Of a stretch of DNA of 58,043 nt, positions 1 to 10,015 are shown piece by piece; positions within the stretch are counted from its first letter, which is position 1, and the number at the start of each line of letters is the position of its first letter. Source of the stretch: Pedococcus sp. (GTDB taxonomy: Bacteria; Actinomycetota; Actinomycetes; Actinomycetales; Dermatophilaceae). The translations under genes were made by a program, and so were the position numbers. Under the pieces are notes generated by a model that was not told the origin of the DNA, searched no databases, and saw only the letters and a program-made list of their open reading frames with translations. The stretch spans positions 1-58,043 of the forward strand of contig DASYGI010000331.1 of the NCBI GenBank assembly GCA_035999925.1, written 5' to 3'.

Positions 1-85
1 GACCCAGCAGGACACGAAAGAGCCCGAGCCACAGAGCTCCTGAACACGCCCCTTGACACAGAGGGGAGCCAGATGAGTGCGTTTG

Positions 86-430
86 CTACGCGGACGCGTC
101 CCATGTCGCGATGACGTGTTGGGGTCGGAACTCGACCCGACTCCCGGGACTCAGCGTCGTGATGACGCTCGGGTCATTGTCCAGAGAACCGACGTACCTG
201 TCTGCCGCCACTTCGGTCACCTGCACCCACATGCGCTCTGCGGTCGGCCGACCCTTCTCAGGATCGACCACCGCGAACAGCAACTTCACGAGATCGCCTG
301 GTTTCAACCGCTCCCGTCGGTCACGGGTCGGGATAAGGAACGTGTCTGGATGCTCACGATTGAGAGCCTCGCCGTCGCCCAGCCGATAGCCGACGCTGCT
401 CGGCTTCCTGCGGAATAGAGACACGCGCAT
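86..430 (-). CDS. DUF2314/YegJ-like hypothetical protein
   Basis: ORF 86..535, start moved to ATG 430; GDLVKLLF...ERMWVQV...YVGSLDNDP pattern. Confidence 0.6.
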   Translation of the reverse strand: MRVSLFRRKPSSVGYRLGDGEALNREHPDTFLIPTRDRRERLKPGDLVKLLFAVVDPEKGRPTAERMWVQVTEVAADRYVGSLDNDPSVITTLSPGSRVEFRPQHVIATWDASA

Positions 431-524
431 ACCCTGACACAGCCGCCCCTCCGACGACCGCACATCGGCATGAGGGCGCACGGATCGCGGCAAAACAGTG
501 CGGCCAGATCGAGTGCTTCGCGAC

Positions 525-908
525 CTATGGTCCACCGGTGATGCCGTAGGCCGTATACCTATCGGCGCCGGTCTTGAGGTAGACGCCCATCGTGCACGGG
601 ACCCCTAGCTTCGTTCGCTGCGCCTTCGGGGTGAGCGCTGCAAGCATCTGTCCACCCACGACTGGCGGTGCGCTACCGATGCTGACGAGGGGGTAGGGGC
701 GGTCGCCAGGCAACGCCGTGTCGCTTTCAAGAGTCCGGACGTCTGCGAGGGTAAGGCCGGCTTTGGCTGCGACGTAGGTGCGGCCGCAGTACGGGATACG
801 CGTTGGCGTCTGCCACCAGCTCCCGTAGACGGCCCTGTAGCCGAAGGTGCTGGCGACCAGGAGTACGCCAAGAAGGCCAGCGACGGTCAGACCCGTCCTA
901 CGCATCAT
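525..908 (-). CDS. Hypothetical secreted or membrane-anchored protein
   Basis: N-terminal hydrophobic segment, two Cys, ends YGITGGP; TAACGT -10-like hexamer just upstream (possibly leaderless). Confidence 0.6.
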   Translation of the reverse strand: MMRRTGLTVAGLLGVLLVASTFGYRAVYGSWWQTPTRIPYCGRTYVAAKAGLTLADVRTLESDTALPGDRPYPLVSIGSAPPVVGGQMLAALTPKAQRTKLGVPCTMGVYLKTGADRYTAYGITGGP

Positions 909-1276
909 GGCGCAACGTTAGAACCTCATTGGCTCGAACGTCCGCTCATCGGTCCGGGTTCAGGCGGGGGCAGATCCGGACGTTCTCTGTGCGGCATACC
1001 AGGGAGCGGTGGGCTTGAAGGTGCGCCTGTTCAGATGCCGCTTCGAGCGCTGACAGCGTTCGCCCCGCTCGCCTGGTCGTGACCCGGACCGGGTCGAATG
1101 CATGCGCGGTAACACCGGTCCCGGCCTGTACGTTCCTGGTAGGAACACGGTGGTCGCCCGAGGGGCGCGTCACCGGAACGCGTCCCTGCTGACAGCCGCC
1201 AGCAGGACGCAACGCGGACTGCGAACCAGGCCGCGGCCAGGGGTCAGAGGGCCGTAAGGCGGACAAGGAGCGAGCG

Positions 1277-2299
1277 GTGAGGGTCGTCGACCGATTCGAC
1301 CGCTTCCAGCGGCGCAGACGTTGGGTCGCACTGCCCATCGCCGTGGCATACAAGTTCTTCGACGACCAGGGCAGCTACCTCGCTGCCTTGGTGGCCTACT
1401 ACGGCCTGGTGTCCCTGTTTCCACTGCTCCTGCTTCTGTCCTCGCTTCTCGGCTTCGCGTTGCAAGGCAACCCGCACCTGCAGCTGGAGATCCTGACGTC
1501 GACGGTCAGCCAGTTCCCCGTCATCGGCGCCCAGCTGCGCAGCACAGGGCTGCGCGGCAGCGGGATCGGTGTCCTCGTCGGCGTGTTGGGCTCGGCATAC
1601 GGGGCGCTGGGCGTCGCTCAAGCCGTCCAGAACCTGATGAATGTCGCCTGGGCGGTACCCCGCAACCGACGGCCGAACCCCATCCTGGCGCGTGCGCGCA
1701 GCCTGCTCCTGCTGGCGACGGCGGGGGCCGCCGTCATCGCGACGACAGTGCTGTCCGCTCTCGGGTCGGCCGCCGAGTCCTTTGGCGCCACGTCCTTGGG
1801 GATGGGCGTGAAGGCGATCCTGATCCTGGTATCCGTGGTGGTCAACGCCGGGGTGTTCCTGCTTGCCTTCCGGATTGCGACTGCCCGCAGCGTGTCTTGG
1901 CGACGTTCAGCCCCGGGCGCGTTGACCGCGGCAGTGGCCTGGCAGATCATGCAGGTGTTCGGCGCCCTGCTCGTCGGGCACGTCCTCAAGAACGCCACCG
2001 CTGTCAACGCCGTCTTCGGTCTCGTGCTTGGGCTCCTCGCATGGCTGTACGCGACCGCGGTGACTATCACGCTGTCCGTCGAGCTCAACGTCGTGCTGGC
2101 CAAGCGCCTGTGGCCGCGTGCGCTGCTCACGCCGTTCACCGACGACGTGAACCTGACCCCGGGCGACCGCCGTAGCTACACCGATGCGGCCAAAGCCCAA
2201 CGGGCCAAGGGCTTCGAAACCGTGGACGTCAGCTTTCACAACGACGGTCAGAACGCCAACCCCACCACCGCGCCCCGACCCGAACCGCCGGCGTCCTGA
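1277..2299 (+). CDS. YihY/virulence factor BrkB family membrane protein
   Basis: KFFDDQGSYLAALVAYYGLVSLFPLLL motif, several TM helices, AAGGAG RBS. Confidence 0.9.
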   Translation: MRVVDRFDRFQRRRRWVALPIAVAYKFFDDQGSYLAALVAYYGLVSLFPLLLLLSSLLGFALQGNPHLQLEILTSTVSQFPVIGAQLRSTGLRGSGIGVLVGVLGSAYGALGVAQAVQNLMNVAWAVPRNRRPNPILARARSLLLLATAGAAVIATTVLSALGSAAESFGATSLGMGVKAILILVSVVVNAGVFLLAFRIATARSVSWRRSAPGALTAAVAWQIMQVFGALLVGHVLKNATAVNAVFGLVLGLLAWLYATAVTITLSVELNVVLAKRLWPRALLTPFTDDVNLTPGDRRSYTDAAKAQRAKGFETVDVSFHNDGQNANPTTAPRPEPPAS

Positions 2300-2429
2300 G
2301 TCGCAGAAGTGCCAAGGAAAGCTTCCTCATAGGCTCGCGCCCTCCGCACATCACCCATATGAGGGTGGTGATGAGGCCGCTGCAAGCGTCTGCTGGGTGC
2401 CGGAATGACGACGCTCAAAGGGGGCGAAG

Positions 2430-2717
2430 ATGGACCACCTACGGAAGGCCATCGTTGGCGGGATCGCCGTTGCGGCCGGAAGTCTCATGTTCGGTGCCGG
2501 GGCGGCCAGCGCGGGACCGCCGGTCGGGACCTGCACGAGCAGCTACACGCTGTACAGCTATGACCAGCTCATCGCGATCGACCCGGGCGCCGCGTCGATC
2601 TTCTCGGTCGTCGACAGCAACGGCGATGGCTACGTGTGCTTCAAGCCGTACACCAACGGGCCGCACAACGGGCACCTGGGCAACCTCGTCGATAACAAGG
2701 CCGCCCCACACGAGTAG
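2430..2717 (+). CDS. Small secreted protein with EF-hand-like DxNxDG loop
   Basis: Signal peptide ending ASA; DSNGDGYVC; Cys pair; AAAGGGGG RBS. Confidence 0.7.
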   Translation: MDHLRKAIVGGIAVAAGSLMFGAGAASAGPPVGTCTSSYTLYSYDQLIAIDPGAASIFSVVDSNGDGYVCFKPYTNGPHNGHLGNLVDNKAAPHE

Positions 2718-2784
2718 GGCGCATCCGGCTGTACTCGCGCTGGTACGACACCGACCGTCACGGTTGTACGCTGCACCGCCTCCG

Positions 2785-3198
2785 TCAACCTTGGATGCGC
2801 GTGGCGTGCTGAATGCAGGTGCGTGCGATCGGTCTGGCGTCCAGCCGTGCGGCGGGAATGGGTTGGTGGCACACCTCGCAGATCCCGTAGGTGCCCTCCT
2901 GTAGTCGCAGTAGTCCGGCCTCGATGCTGGCGAGGTGATCCTTCGCGCCTTGAATGAGCGCCTCAAATTGTGAGCGTTCGTAGGCGATGGTTTGACCCTC
3001 GGGGTCATGCTCGTCGTCGCCATTCGAATCCAGCGATGCGGCGAACAGCGCCTCGAGATCCGTCGTCATGCTTGCAAGTCGGGCGCGCACTTCATCCCGT
3101 TCCGCGTGCAGTCGCTCCGCGACGGCCTCAAGCTCAACGTCAGTCCTGGTGCCATCGGTGGCGCGTTCGACTGAGGAATCGTCAGGTGGTCGGGGCAT
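2785..3198 (-). CDS. TraR/DksA C4-type zinc finger protein
   Basis: DDEHDPEG acidic tip; GTYGICEVC...IPAARLDARP...CIQH; GGAGGAGG upstream of ATG 3198. Confidence 0.9.
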   Translation of the reverse strand: MPRPPDDSSVERATDGTRTDVELEAVAERLHAERDEVRARLASMTTDLEALFAASLDSNGDDEHDPEGQTIAYERSQFEALIQGAKDHLASIEAGLLRLQEGTYGICEVCHQPIPAARLDARPIARTCIQHATRIQG

Positions 3199-3292
3199 CT
3201 CCACAGCCTCCTCCAACGAGGTACCCGACGCCATTGCCGCGGTTAGGTTCGGGACCTGCCCGCCCGCGGGTCCCTCGGTCAAGTGTCCGGCG

Positions 3293-3991
3293 TCAATGCG
3301 CTTCAAGGACGAAGAAGAGGAAGCAGATGAAGGCGGTCCGGTCGCCGAGGTCAGGTGGGAGGAGGTCGCGTGGGGTGTCGGGTGAGAATGGCGGCTCGCT
3401 GATGACTGCTATGCGGAAGCCAGTCGCAGTGAACGCGTCGCTCATCGCGTGCAGGGGCCGGTGCCAGTACGTGAGCACCGCGGGCCGGCCGTCGAAGATG
3501 TACTCCTCCGAGTACTGCGTGACCGAGAAGTAGTCCGCGTTGGGGTCGTTCGACTCGAGAATGCGGGGGTGGTTGACCGACAGGAGGAGACGGCCTCCGG
3601 GCTTCAGGATGCGGCGGAGCTCCGCCAGCGGCGCTGTCCAATCCCTGAGGTAGTGCAGCACAAGGGAGCAGATCACGTCATCGAAGGTCCGGTCGGCGTA
3701 CGGCAGGGGCTGGCTGAGGTCGGCCAACGTCAGGTCCGCGTCGGCGCCGAGGCGCTGCCGTGCCAGCTCGAGCATGGCCGGACTCGAGTCGAACCCGCTC
3801 ACCTGGGCGCCCCGCGAGCGGAGGTCCTCGAACACGGGGCCGGAGCCGCACCCGGCGTCGAGCACCCGACGACCCTCGACGTCGTCCGCCAGAGCGATCA
3901 TCGCCGGTTGGGCGTAGTACGCGTTGAACAGGCCGGTCTCGTTGGCCTTCGCGTAGCTCTCGGCGAAGGAGTCGTAATGGTCGGCCCGCAA
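3293..3991 (-). CDS. Class I SAM-dependent methyltransferase
   Basis: VLDAGCGSG motif I, LKPGG; AAGGAGG before TTG at 3991. Confidence 0.9.
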   Translation of the reverse strand: MRADHYDSFAESYAKANETGLFNAYYAQPAMIALADDVEGRRVLDAGCGSGPVFEDLRSRGAQVSGFDSSPAMLELARQRLGADADLTLADLSQPLPYADRTFDDVICSLVLHYLRDWTAPLAELRRILKPGGRLLLSVNHPRILESNDPNADYFSVTQYSEEYIFDGRPAVLTYWHRPLHAMSDAFTATGFRIAVISEPPFSPDTPRDLLPPDLGDRTAFICFLFFVLEAH

Positions 3992-4224
3992 GGATCCTCC
4001 TTGAGTCGTGCACCCCGGCCGGGAGCGACGGGTCCACCGTGGCACAGCACCAGCCATATCGACCGCCCGGCGCTCCGGTCCCTGCGTGGTCATGCCATCG
4101 TTCAACAGCAGCGCGGCGTCGTGCCGGACGAATGCGCTCAACGGCGCGACCGCGCTGGGGGCTTAGTCGATGCGTCACGGTCTACCTCCCAGCCTTCGCC
4201 GTCGACAGGCCGCATGATGGTCGG

Positions 4225-4590
4225 ATGCTGACCTCGAGGGACGTCATGAACCAGGCGTTCACGCCTACGCAGTTCCATGGCGGGCTTGACGAGCGCCAGG
4301 TCGACGACTTCTTGGACAAAGTGGTCAGGACGCTGCGCTACTACGAGCAGGGGGGTCAGCCGGGCCCCCAGGCGCCGGCATTGCCCGCTGACCACCGGTT
4401 CGCGTCAACAAAGTTTCGCCGCGGGTACGACGAGCGGGAGGTCGAGGAGTTCCTCGACCGCGTGACGGAGACTGTGCGCTACTACGAGCAGGGCGGTCGG
4501 CCCGACCCGCAGGCGTTGGTATCCCCGCCAGAGTCGGAAGGACTGGCAGTGCGGGCAATGCGCTGGCTGCGGGGAGACCCGCAGACTTGA
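4225..4590 (+). CDS. Tandem DivIVA-domain protein
   Basis: MLTSRDV start; two copies of F....GxDERxVxxFLDxV. Confidence 0.8.
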   Translation: MLTSRDVMNQAFTPTQFHGGLDERQVDDFLDKVVRTLRYYEQGGQPGPQAPALPADHRFASTKFRRGYDEREVEEFLDRVTETVRYYEQGGRPDPQALVSPPESEGLAVRAMRWLRGDPQT

Positions 4591-4630
4591 GTGGTGCGCT
4601 GGCGGTATGCCGCGGGGCGGCTGCGCCGTA

Positions 4631-5059
4631 CTAGGCGTTGGTGTCCCAGGCAACCTCGAATAGGTGCCCGTCGGGATCGGTGAAGTAGCCGGAGTAAACG
4701 CCGAAGGGGCGCAGGTGCGCCGGGGCGGTCAGAGTCCCGCCCGCGTGACTCGCCTGCTCCAGCATCGCGTCGACATCTTCTCTAGAGGTGGCCGGGATGC
4801 CGAGGCTGAACTCCGTCGGGCTGGAGTGACCAACAGGCAGACTGGCGTCTTTGGCCAGGTTCGTGCGTTCGTAGAGGCCGAGCTTCAGTCCACCGTCGAG
4901 GGTGACGAAGGCGATGGTTCCGTCGGCGCCGGTGACCGCATCATGGAACTCGCTGCCCACGACCCCCTCAGTCGGCCAGCCCAGCCCGTCACGGTAGAAG
5001 CGCACGGCGCGGTCAAGGTCATCTACGGCCAGCGTGATGAAGAAGATCTGTGCTCGCAT
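4631..5059 (-). CDS. VOC/glyoxalase family protein
   Basis: ITLAVDDLDRAVRFY...GLGW; YSGYFTDPDGHLFEV. Confidence 0.9.
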   Translation of the reverse strand: MRAQIFFITLAVDDLDRAVRFYRDGLGWPTEGVVGSEFHDAVTGADGTIAFVTLDGGLKLGLYERTNLAKDASLPVGHSSPTEFSLGIPATSREDVDAMLEQASHAGGTLTAPAHLRPFGVYSGYFTDPDGHLFEVAWDTNA

Positions 5060-5133
5060 GCGGGGCTCCTGCCATAGCGGTTTGAATGACCGGGTCGTCG
5101 CGGCTTTGCGGGGAGACGCGGCATACCGCTGGC

Positions 5134-5757
5134 TCAGGAACCCTTGGTCGCCGTGCACAGAAACACGCCGAACTCGCGGTCGCCCTTGAGGATGGTCGTC
5201 GCGTCAACGAATCTGACGTCGGTGAATCCGGCATCTGCCAACTGTTCGGCCAGGCGTCGCCTGTCGAATCCGTGATGCCCGTCAAAGTCGGCCTTGTCGG
5301 CGTGGAAGGCACCGTCGCGGTCCTCGTCCAAGTCCGCGATGGCCAGTCGACCATCGTTGACCAGCAATGCCGCCAGAGAGCGCAGCAGCCCATCGAGATC
5401 CTGGACGTGATGCAACGCCATGGAGCTCCACACGACGTCGTAGGCGCCATCGAGCCGGCCTGTGGTCAGGTCAACCTGGACAGCGCGGAGACGGTCACTG
5501 AGCCCGGCCGCCTGGATCCGCTCCCGTGCCACCTGCACCATCCCGGCGGACGGGTCTGTCACGACAACAGACCCCACCTTGTCGGACAGCAGAATGCTCA
5601 GCCGACCCGTGCCACCGCCCACGTCGAGTGCACTCATCCGAGGGGTGAGGGTCACCGCCGCCTCGATGGCCCTGGCCACCGCGACCTGCCGCTCCTCATG
5701 GCCGGGGTCGTCGTCCCACGTCGCCGCCGCATCATCGAATCGCTGGTGTTCGTGCAT
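5134..5757 (-). CDS. Class I SAM-dependent methyltransferase
   Basis: ALDVGGGTG motif I; SSMALHHV. Confidence 0.9.
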   Translation of the reverse strand: MHEHQRFDDAAATWDDDPGHEERQVAVARAIEAAVTLTPRMSALDVGGGTGRLSILLSDKVGSVVVTDPSAGMVQVARERIQAAGLSDRLRAVQVDLTTGRLDGAYDVVWSSMALHHVQDLDGLLRSLAALLVNDGRLAIADLDEDRDGAFHADKADFDGHHGFDRRRLAEQLADAGFTDVRFVDATTILKGDREFGVFLCTATKGS

Positions 5758-5925
5758 GTCTTCGACCCTAGCCCGCGGCCATCCCGTCCCGGCTGTCAAC
5801 CGCACGGGTCCTCCTGAGCCTGGTCGCCGGACTTGTCCGACCGCGTGGGGCTACCTTGCATCGGTCATGCACAGCCAGCGGGGGACTTGGGTGACTGCCA
5901 GGTTTGGTTCGGAGGGGAATACGTC

Positions 5926-6412
5926 ATGGTCGCCAACGCGCCCGCCACACCCGCGCGCTCTGGGACCAAGGGAAAACCCAACTGGCGCGAATACCAGTGG
6001 ACCCCGTAAGTGCGCTGCTCGTTCATCGGCACGTACATATTCCTAGGGGTCTTCCTCATCATGTTCACCCTCGCGTTGGCGAACTCGATCCAGATGCACC
6101 GACCAGGCTCAGCATTGTGGCTCGCCCCATTCGCCGCGCTGCTGCTCTTTCGGCGAGCGGCCGGCCGCACAGGTCGGCGCCGACAAGCTGCTCTGGGGGC
6201 CAGCGCGCCTGTTCAGGGCCATTGTCGTGGCTGGTACCAGAGCCGTGTGGCTCCTGGACCACCCCCTGCACCCAGGGTTTCGCCACAGCCCGGTTCTGAC
6301 CGCTCTCCTCCTGCTTGCCCTGGTCGTGGTCCTGGCGGGCGGCTGGGCGTTCGTCATGCAAGCACGACTGCGCAAGTGGATGGACCTCAACGGTCTCGTC
6401 AGGAAGAAGTGA
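5926..6412 (+). pseudogene. Disrupted membrane-protein gene
   Basis: GGAGGGG RBS + ATG 5926; in-frame TAA 6007-6009; hydrophobic continuation from 6010 shifts into the 6227..6412 hydrophobic frame. Confidence 0.5.
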
Positions 6413-6745
6413 CCGATCCAAGGACCACTGGACGGATGTGGCGGCTGTGGGCTCAGGCGATTGACGGAGCCACTCGGTGCGCGAGCGGCATACGGTGCTT
6501 TGCGTTCGGTAGCCATTGCCTTGCACTTCTAGGAGGTGCTCATGGGCGCTGTGAAGGGAGCCGGGATCTGGGTCGTCTGCGGACTGATCCCCCTCGCCTT
6601 GTTGATGATCGGACTCCTCTCGGACAAGGAGGTGATCGCAGGCGCGCTCCTGATGCCGCTGTTCATGGTCTCCCTGCTCTTCTGGCTCTGGGCAGGGCTC
6701 GTCATGGTCGCCACCTGGCAGGAGCATCGCGTCGAGCACAGGTAG
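6409..6745 (+). pseudogene. Disrupted small membrane-protein gene (or short intact ORF 6536..6745)
   Basis: GTG overlapping the previous stop; frame change and an in-frame TAG just before the two-TM segment 6536..6745. Confidence 0.4.
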
Positions 6746-6847
6746 CTCAGTTGACTGCTCGCGGCTGCTCTTACCAGTCGTGCCTTCGCCAGACATTCCG
6801 GGGCGGCACGGAGTGACCCCCATGCCACGTTGAGCCGGGTCGAACAC

Positions 6848-6861
6848 GGGACGTAGGGCCC
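6848..6861. promoter_or_regulatory. DosR-like box
   Basis: GGGAC-GTAG-GGCCC about 100 bp upstream of USP start 6961. Confidence 0.75.
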
Positions 6862-6960
6862 GAAACACCGACGGTTCCAGGACGCACAGTGGGGGAGAGA
6901 TGCCATCGACCCCTGTGCTGGCGCGGGCCAGTACATGTCGCGAGGAGTGAGGAGCACCTG

Positions 6961-7887
6961 ATGAGCACGAACGTCATCGACACCTCAGGCGGGGTCGTCG
7001 TGGGCTTCGACGGGTCGCGCAACGCCGCGGTGGCGGTGCAGTGGGCCGCCCTGGAAGCGCAAAGGCAAGGCACCACCCTGCACATCGTCAGCTGTTGCTA
7101 CTACCCAGGGATGCCCTTCCGGGGTGCAGAGGGCGGTGGCGCGCTGCCCAGGTCGGCCATACGCGCGACAGAGGAGCTTGCCGCGCAGGGCCGCGCCATC
7201 GCAAGCAAGATGCTGCCCGAGGACGCCGTCAAGACCCACACCGTGACCATGCAGGCCGCCGACGCTCTGATCGACGCCTCGACAAGCGCGAACCTGGTGG
7301 TGGTGGGTCACCGTGGTCGGGGTGCGTTCGCGTCCGCGGTCCTGGGTTCTGTCTCGTCCGCGGTTGCGCAGTATGCCGGGTGCCCGGTCGTCGTGGTCCG
7401 TGGTGCGGTCCCCGAGTCCGGAGGCTCCTCGTCACGGGTGCCGGTGGTGGTCGGCATCGACGGCACCAAAGACTCTGAGCCGGCTTTGTTGTTCGCCGCG
7501 CAGCGGGCCGCCCGAGACCACGTCCCCGTGCGCATCGTGTGCGCGTGGCTGACGCTGGAACAGGCCGGATGGGATCTCGCGAACTGGCAGGTCGACTCCA
7601 TCGAGGAGTGGGCACAGGAGTTGTCGAAGTCCGCGCGCCACGCCGTTGATGGTGCGCTGGCCCTCGTGCGAGGGCGTTGGCCCGACCTCGAGGCTGAGGG
7701 CCAAGTCGTCGAGTTGGCGCCTGTTCTGGCTCTGGAGGACGCTTCGCGCGAGTCCCAGCTTGTCGTGGTCGGCTCGCACAGCAATGGCGCGCTTGGACGG
7801 CTCATGCTCGGGTCCGTCAGCCGTACCGTTCTTCACCACGCCGCCTGCCCCGTCGCCGTAGTGCGGCCCGCACCGCTGCGTGGCTAG
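6961..7887 (+). CDS. Universal stress protein (two USP domains)
   Basis: VVVGFDGS, GHRGRGAFASAVLGS, HHAACPVAVV; GAGGAG RBS. Confidence 0.95.
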   Translation: MSTNVIDTSGGVVVGFDGSRNAAVAVQWAALEAQRQGTTLHIVSCCYYPGMPFRGAEGGGALPRSAIRATEELAAQGRAIASKMLPEDAVKTHTVTMQAADALIDASTSANLVVVGHRGRGAFASAVLGSVSSAVAQYAGCPVVVVRGAVPESGGSSSRVPVVVGIDGTKDSEPALLFAAQRAARDHVPVRIVCAWLTLEQAGWDLANWQVDSIEEWAQELSKSARHAVDGALALVRGRWPDLEAEGQVVELAPVLALEDASRESQLVVVGSHSNGALGRLMLGSVSRTVLHHAACPVAVVRPAPLRG

Positions 7888-7964
7888 CGGGAGACGGCAA
7901 GGAGGATCAGCCGGAGCCGGCAAGGTGGTCGAGGATTCGTCGACCACCGGGCCCATGCAAGGTG

Positions 7965-7978
7965 AGGACCTCTGCCCC
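7965..7978. promoter_or_regulatory. Weak DosR-like box
   Basis: AGGAC-CTCT-GCCCC upstream of second USP. Confidence 0.45.
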
Positions 7979-8042
7979 ACCCCGACCCCTGAGTGGCCGC
8001 GCAAGGTGGCCTCACTATCGCTGCTGCACCGTCGGAAAGGTC

Positions 8043-8936
8043 ATGGTCATGGTTGACACGAATACGATCGTCGTCGGGTTCGACGGATCGCCGACCGGCG
8101 TAGGGGCGGTGGGCTGGGCCGCGGCTGAGGCCGCCCAACGCGGAAGCCTTGTCCGCGTACTCGTGGCCGCCGACTACCCCGGGATGCCCACACCACTGCG
8201 AAGTGGCTCATGGACTCCCCGACTGTTGCAAGCGAGTGCTGAAGGCCACCTCGAGGAAGCCCTGCGGATCGCCGGAAAGCGCCTGCCGCCAGGGCAGGTC
8301 GAGGGGCTGGTCATCACGGGAAAGGCAGCCGGAGTGTTGGTGGAGGCATCTCGGTCCGCAGCGCTGGTGGTGACCGGCAACAGGTCGCTCGGCCCGGCGC
8401 GCTCCGCCCTCCTCGGGTCGACCTCTGCCATTACGGCAACGCTGGCGCATTGCCCGGTCGTCGTCGTCCGGGGCGCGGCCGACCCGGATGCGAGCTTCAC
8501 GCGACCCGTCGCTGTGGGGGTCACCACCTCACCTCATTCCGTTGCGGCGCTGAGGTTTGCGGCGAGCGAGGCCGCCAGGCGAGGCGTGCCGCTGCTGCTG
8601 GTGGCTGCTTGGGCTATGCCAGCCGTGGAGAGCTGGGACTACGCGCCGTGGCATAACGAATCCCTCGCAGGATTCGCGCGTGCCCTCCGCACCGACGCCC
8701 ATGCAGCCGTGGACGAGGCACTGGCGACGGCGCGCAGCGAGTACCCGCAGGTCGACGTGCGCGGCCACGTGGTCGAGGTGGCTCCGTGGGCAGCGCTGGA
8801 GACGGAGTCACGACGGGCCGGCCTGCTTGTGGTGGGCTCGCGTGGCACTGGAGGTTTCGAGGGCCTGACCCTGGGCAGCGTCGCCCGAGCGGTGCTCGAC
8901 CACTCCAGGTGTCCGGTCACCGTCGTACCGAGATGA
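8043..8936 (+). CDS. Universal stress protein (two USP domains)
   Basis: IVVGFDGS, GSRGTGGFEGLTLGS, HSRCPVTVV. Confidence 0.95.
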   Translation: MVMVDTNTIVVGFDGSPTGVGAVGWAAAEAAQRGSLVRVLVAADYPGMPTPLRSGSWTPRLLQASAEGHLEEALRIAGKRLPPGQVEGLVITGKAAGVLVEASRSAALVVTGNRSLGPARSALLGSTSAITATLAHCPVVVVRGAADPDASFTRPVAVGVTTSPHSVAALRFAASEAARRGVPLLLVAAWAMPAVESWDYAPWHNESLAGFARALRTDAHAAVDEALATARSEYPQVDVRGHVVEVAPWAALETESRRAGLLVVGSRGTGGFEGLTLGSVARAVLDHSRCPVTVVPR

Positions 8937-8956
8937 GGCTTTCGACTGAGCCCTAG

Positions 8957-9009
8957 ACCGAGCGAACCAGGAAACCGAGCGAACCAGGAGATGGCTGTGC
9001 GAACCAGGA
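8957..9009. repeat. Three direct copies of GCGAACCAGGA between convergent genes
   Basis: Copies at 8962-8972, 8979-8989, 8999-9009; first two extend to ACCGAGCGAACCAGGA. Confidence 0.85.
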
Positions 9010-9013
9010 GCCG

Positions 9014-10015
9014 TCAACGCCGCTGCGCCGCGTGGGTCCGGTAGTAGTCACGCCAGATGAGGCGGTGGATGGGGATCCAGCGTGGTAGCGATCGGACCCC
9101 GGGCACGAAGGGCACCAGCAGGAGCCCGAGGCTGAGGACCATCATGAGTGTCCACACGAGAGCATCCGCATTCGGCGACGACTTGAACGGGTCGATCTGG
9201 TACCAGAACGTGTACAGCCACAGCCAGGACTGGCCAGGGTAGCTGCCCGTCTCGTTCATCATTCCCCACTGGTCGCCACCGAGGTGCTGGGCGTCCGCGT
9301 GGTCGGACAGATAGCTGCCGTCGGCCAGGAAGAGGGTCGACCGCGTGTAGTCGGTGGTATAGAAACCGGACTCGCCTTGGATGACCGACTGCAGACCTCC
9401 GGAGCGGGCCATGTCGAGGAGGTTGGCGGTGAGCATGGGCACGGGCCCGTACTGTCCCGAGGCCACCTTTGCGGGGTTGCCGTCAGGGACCTTGGCCAGC
9501 GCATCGGCATACGCCCCGGCCCACTTCGCTTGCTCTGTCGAAGTGGCGCTCTTCCACTGGGTAAGTGCGCTGGCCAGCGTAGGGGCCGCTGGAAGCGTCG
9601 ATAGGGGAGTGATGACGAAATCGTTGGCGGAGTCCACCGGGATGCGCACTCCTGAGGCCTTCTGCAGGTTGAGCGGTCCTAGGTGTTGACCGGTGTCTGG
9701 CGTGGCGTTGTAGGGGGGCCCATAACCGGCGCTCGCACTCGTGCCGGCGAGCTCGGATGCCGCCGTGGCGACAAAGTCATTGGGTGCCTGCTGCGCCCAC
9801 CCGGCGATCGTCAGGCTCTTCTCGTCCGGCGAGCTGAAGGCGGCAGCAAGGCCGACCACCAGGGCGCCCACGACGACCAGCGCTATAACGAGCTCCTTGA
9901 ACAGGTCGTACTCCCGCTTGCCGCCCGACCACGGACGCCTCGCGATGTCGTCTCCTATGGGGCGCCGCCGCGGTGGCGCCGGGGCAGGTCCTCGAGTCTG
10001 CGTGGTCCCGCTCAT
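9014..10015 (-). CDS. Membrane protein, putative cytochrome b subunit-IV-like with ~200-aa extracytoplasmic insert
   Basis: N-terminal TM after YDLFKE; C-terminal YPGQSWLWLYTFWY + TM ending LLVPFVP; ATGA overlap with the cytochrome b gene; no Cys. Confidence 0.75.
   Translation of the reverse strand: MSGTTQTRGPAPAPPRRRPIGDDIARRPWSGGKREYDLFKELVIALVVVGALVVGLAAAFSSPDEKSLTIAGWAQQAPNDFVATAASELAGTSASAGYGPPYNATPDTGQHLGPLNLQKASGVRIPVDSANDFVITPLSTLPAAPTLASALTQWKSATSTEQAKWAGAYADALAKVPDGNPAKVASGQYGPVPMLTANLLDMARSGGLQSVIQGESGFYTTDYTRSTLFLADGSYLSDHADAQHLGGDQWGMMNETGSYPGQSWLWLYTFWYQIDPFKSSPNADALVWTLMMVLSLGLLLVPFVPGVRSLPRWIPIHRLIWRDYYRTHAAQRR

Noticed and set aside
936-985. Inverted repeat GAACGTCCG / CGGACGTTC as an attC-like cassette site
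   Set aside because: Single occurrence, no RYYYAAC/GTTRRRY match and no integrase
1241-1254. GGGTC-AGAG-GGCCG as a DosR box for the YihY gene
   Set aside because: Three deviations from the core and isolated outside the island; plausible by chance
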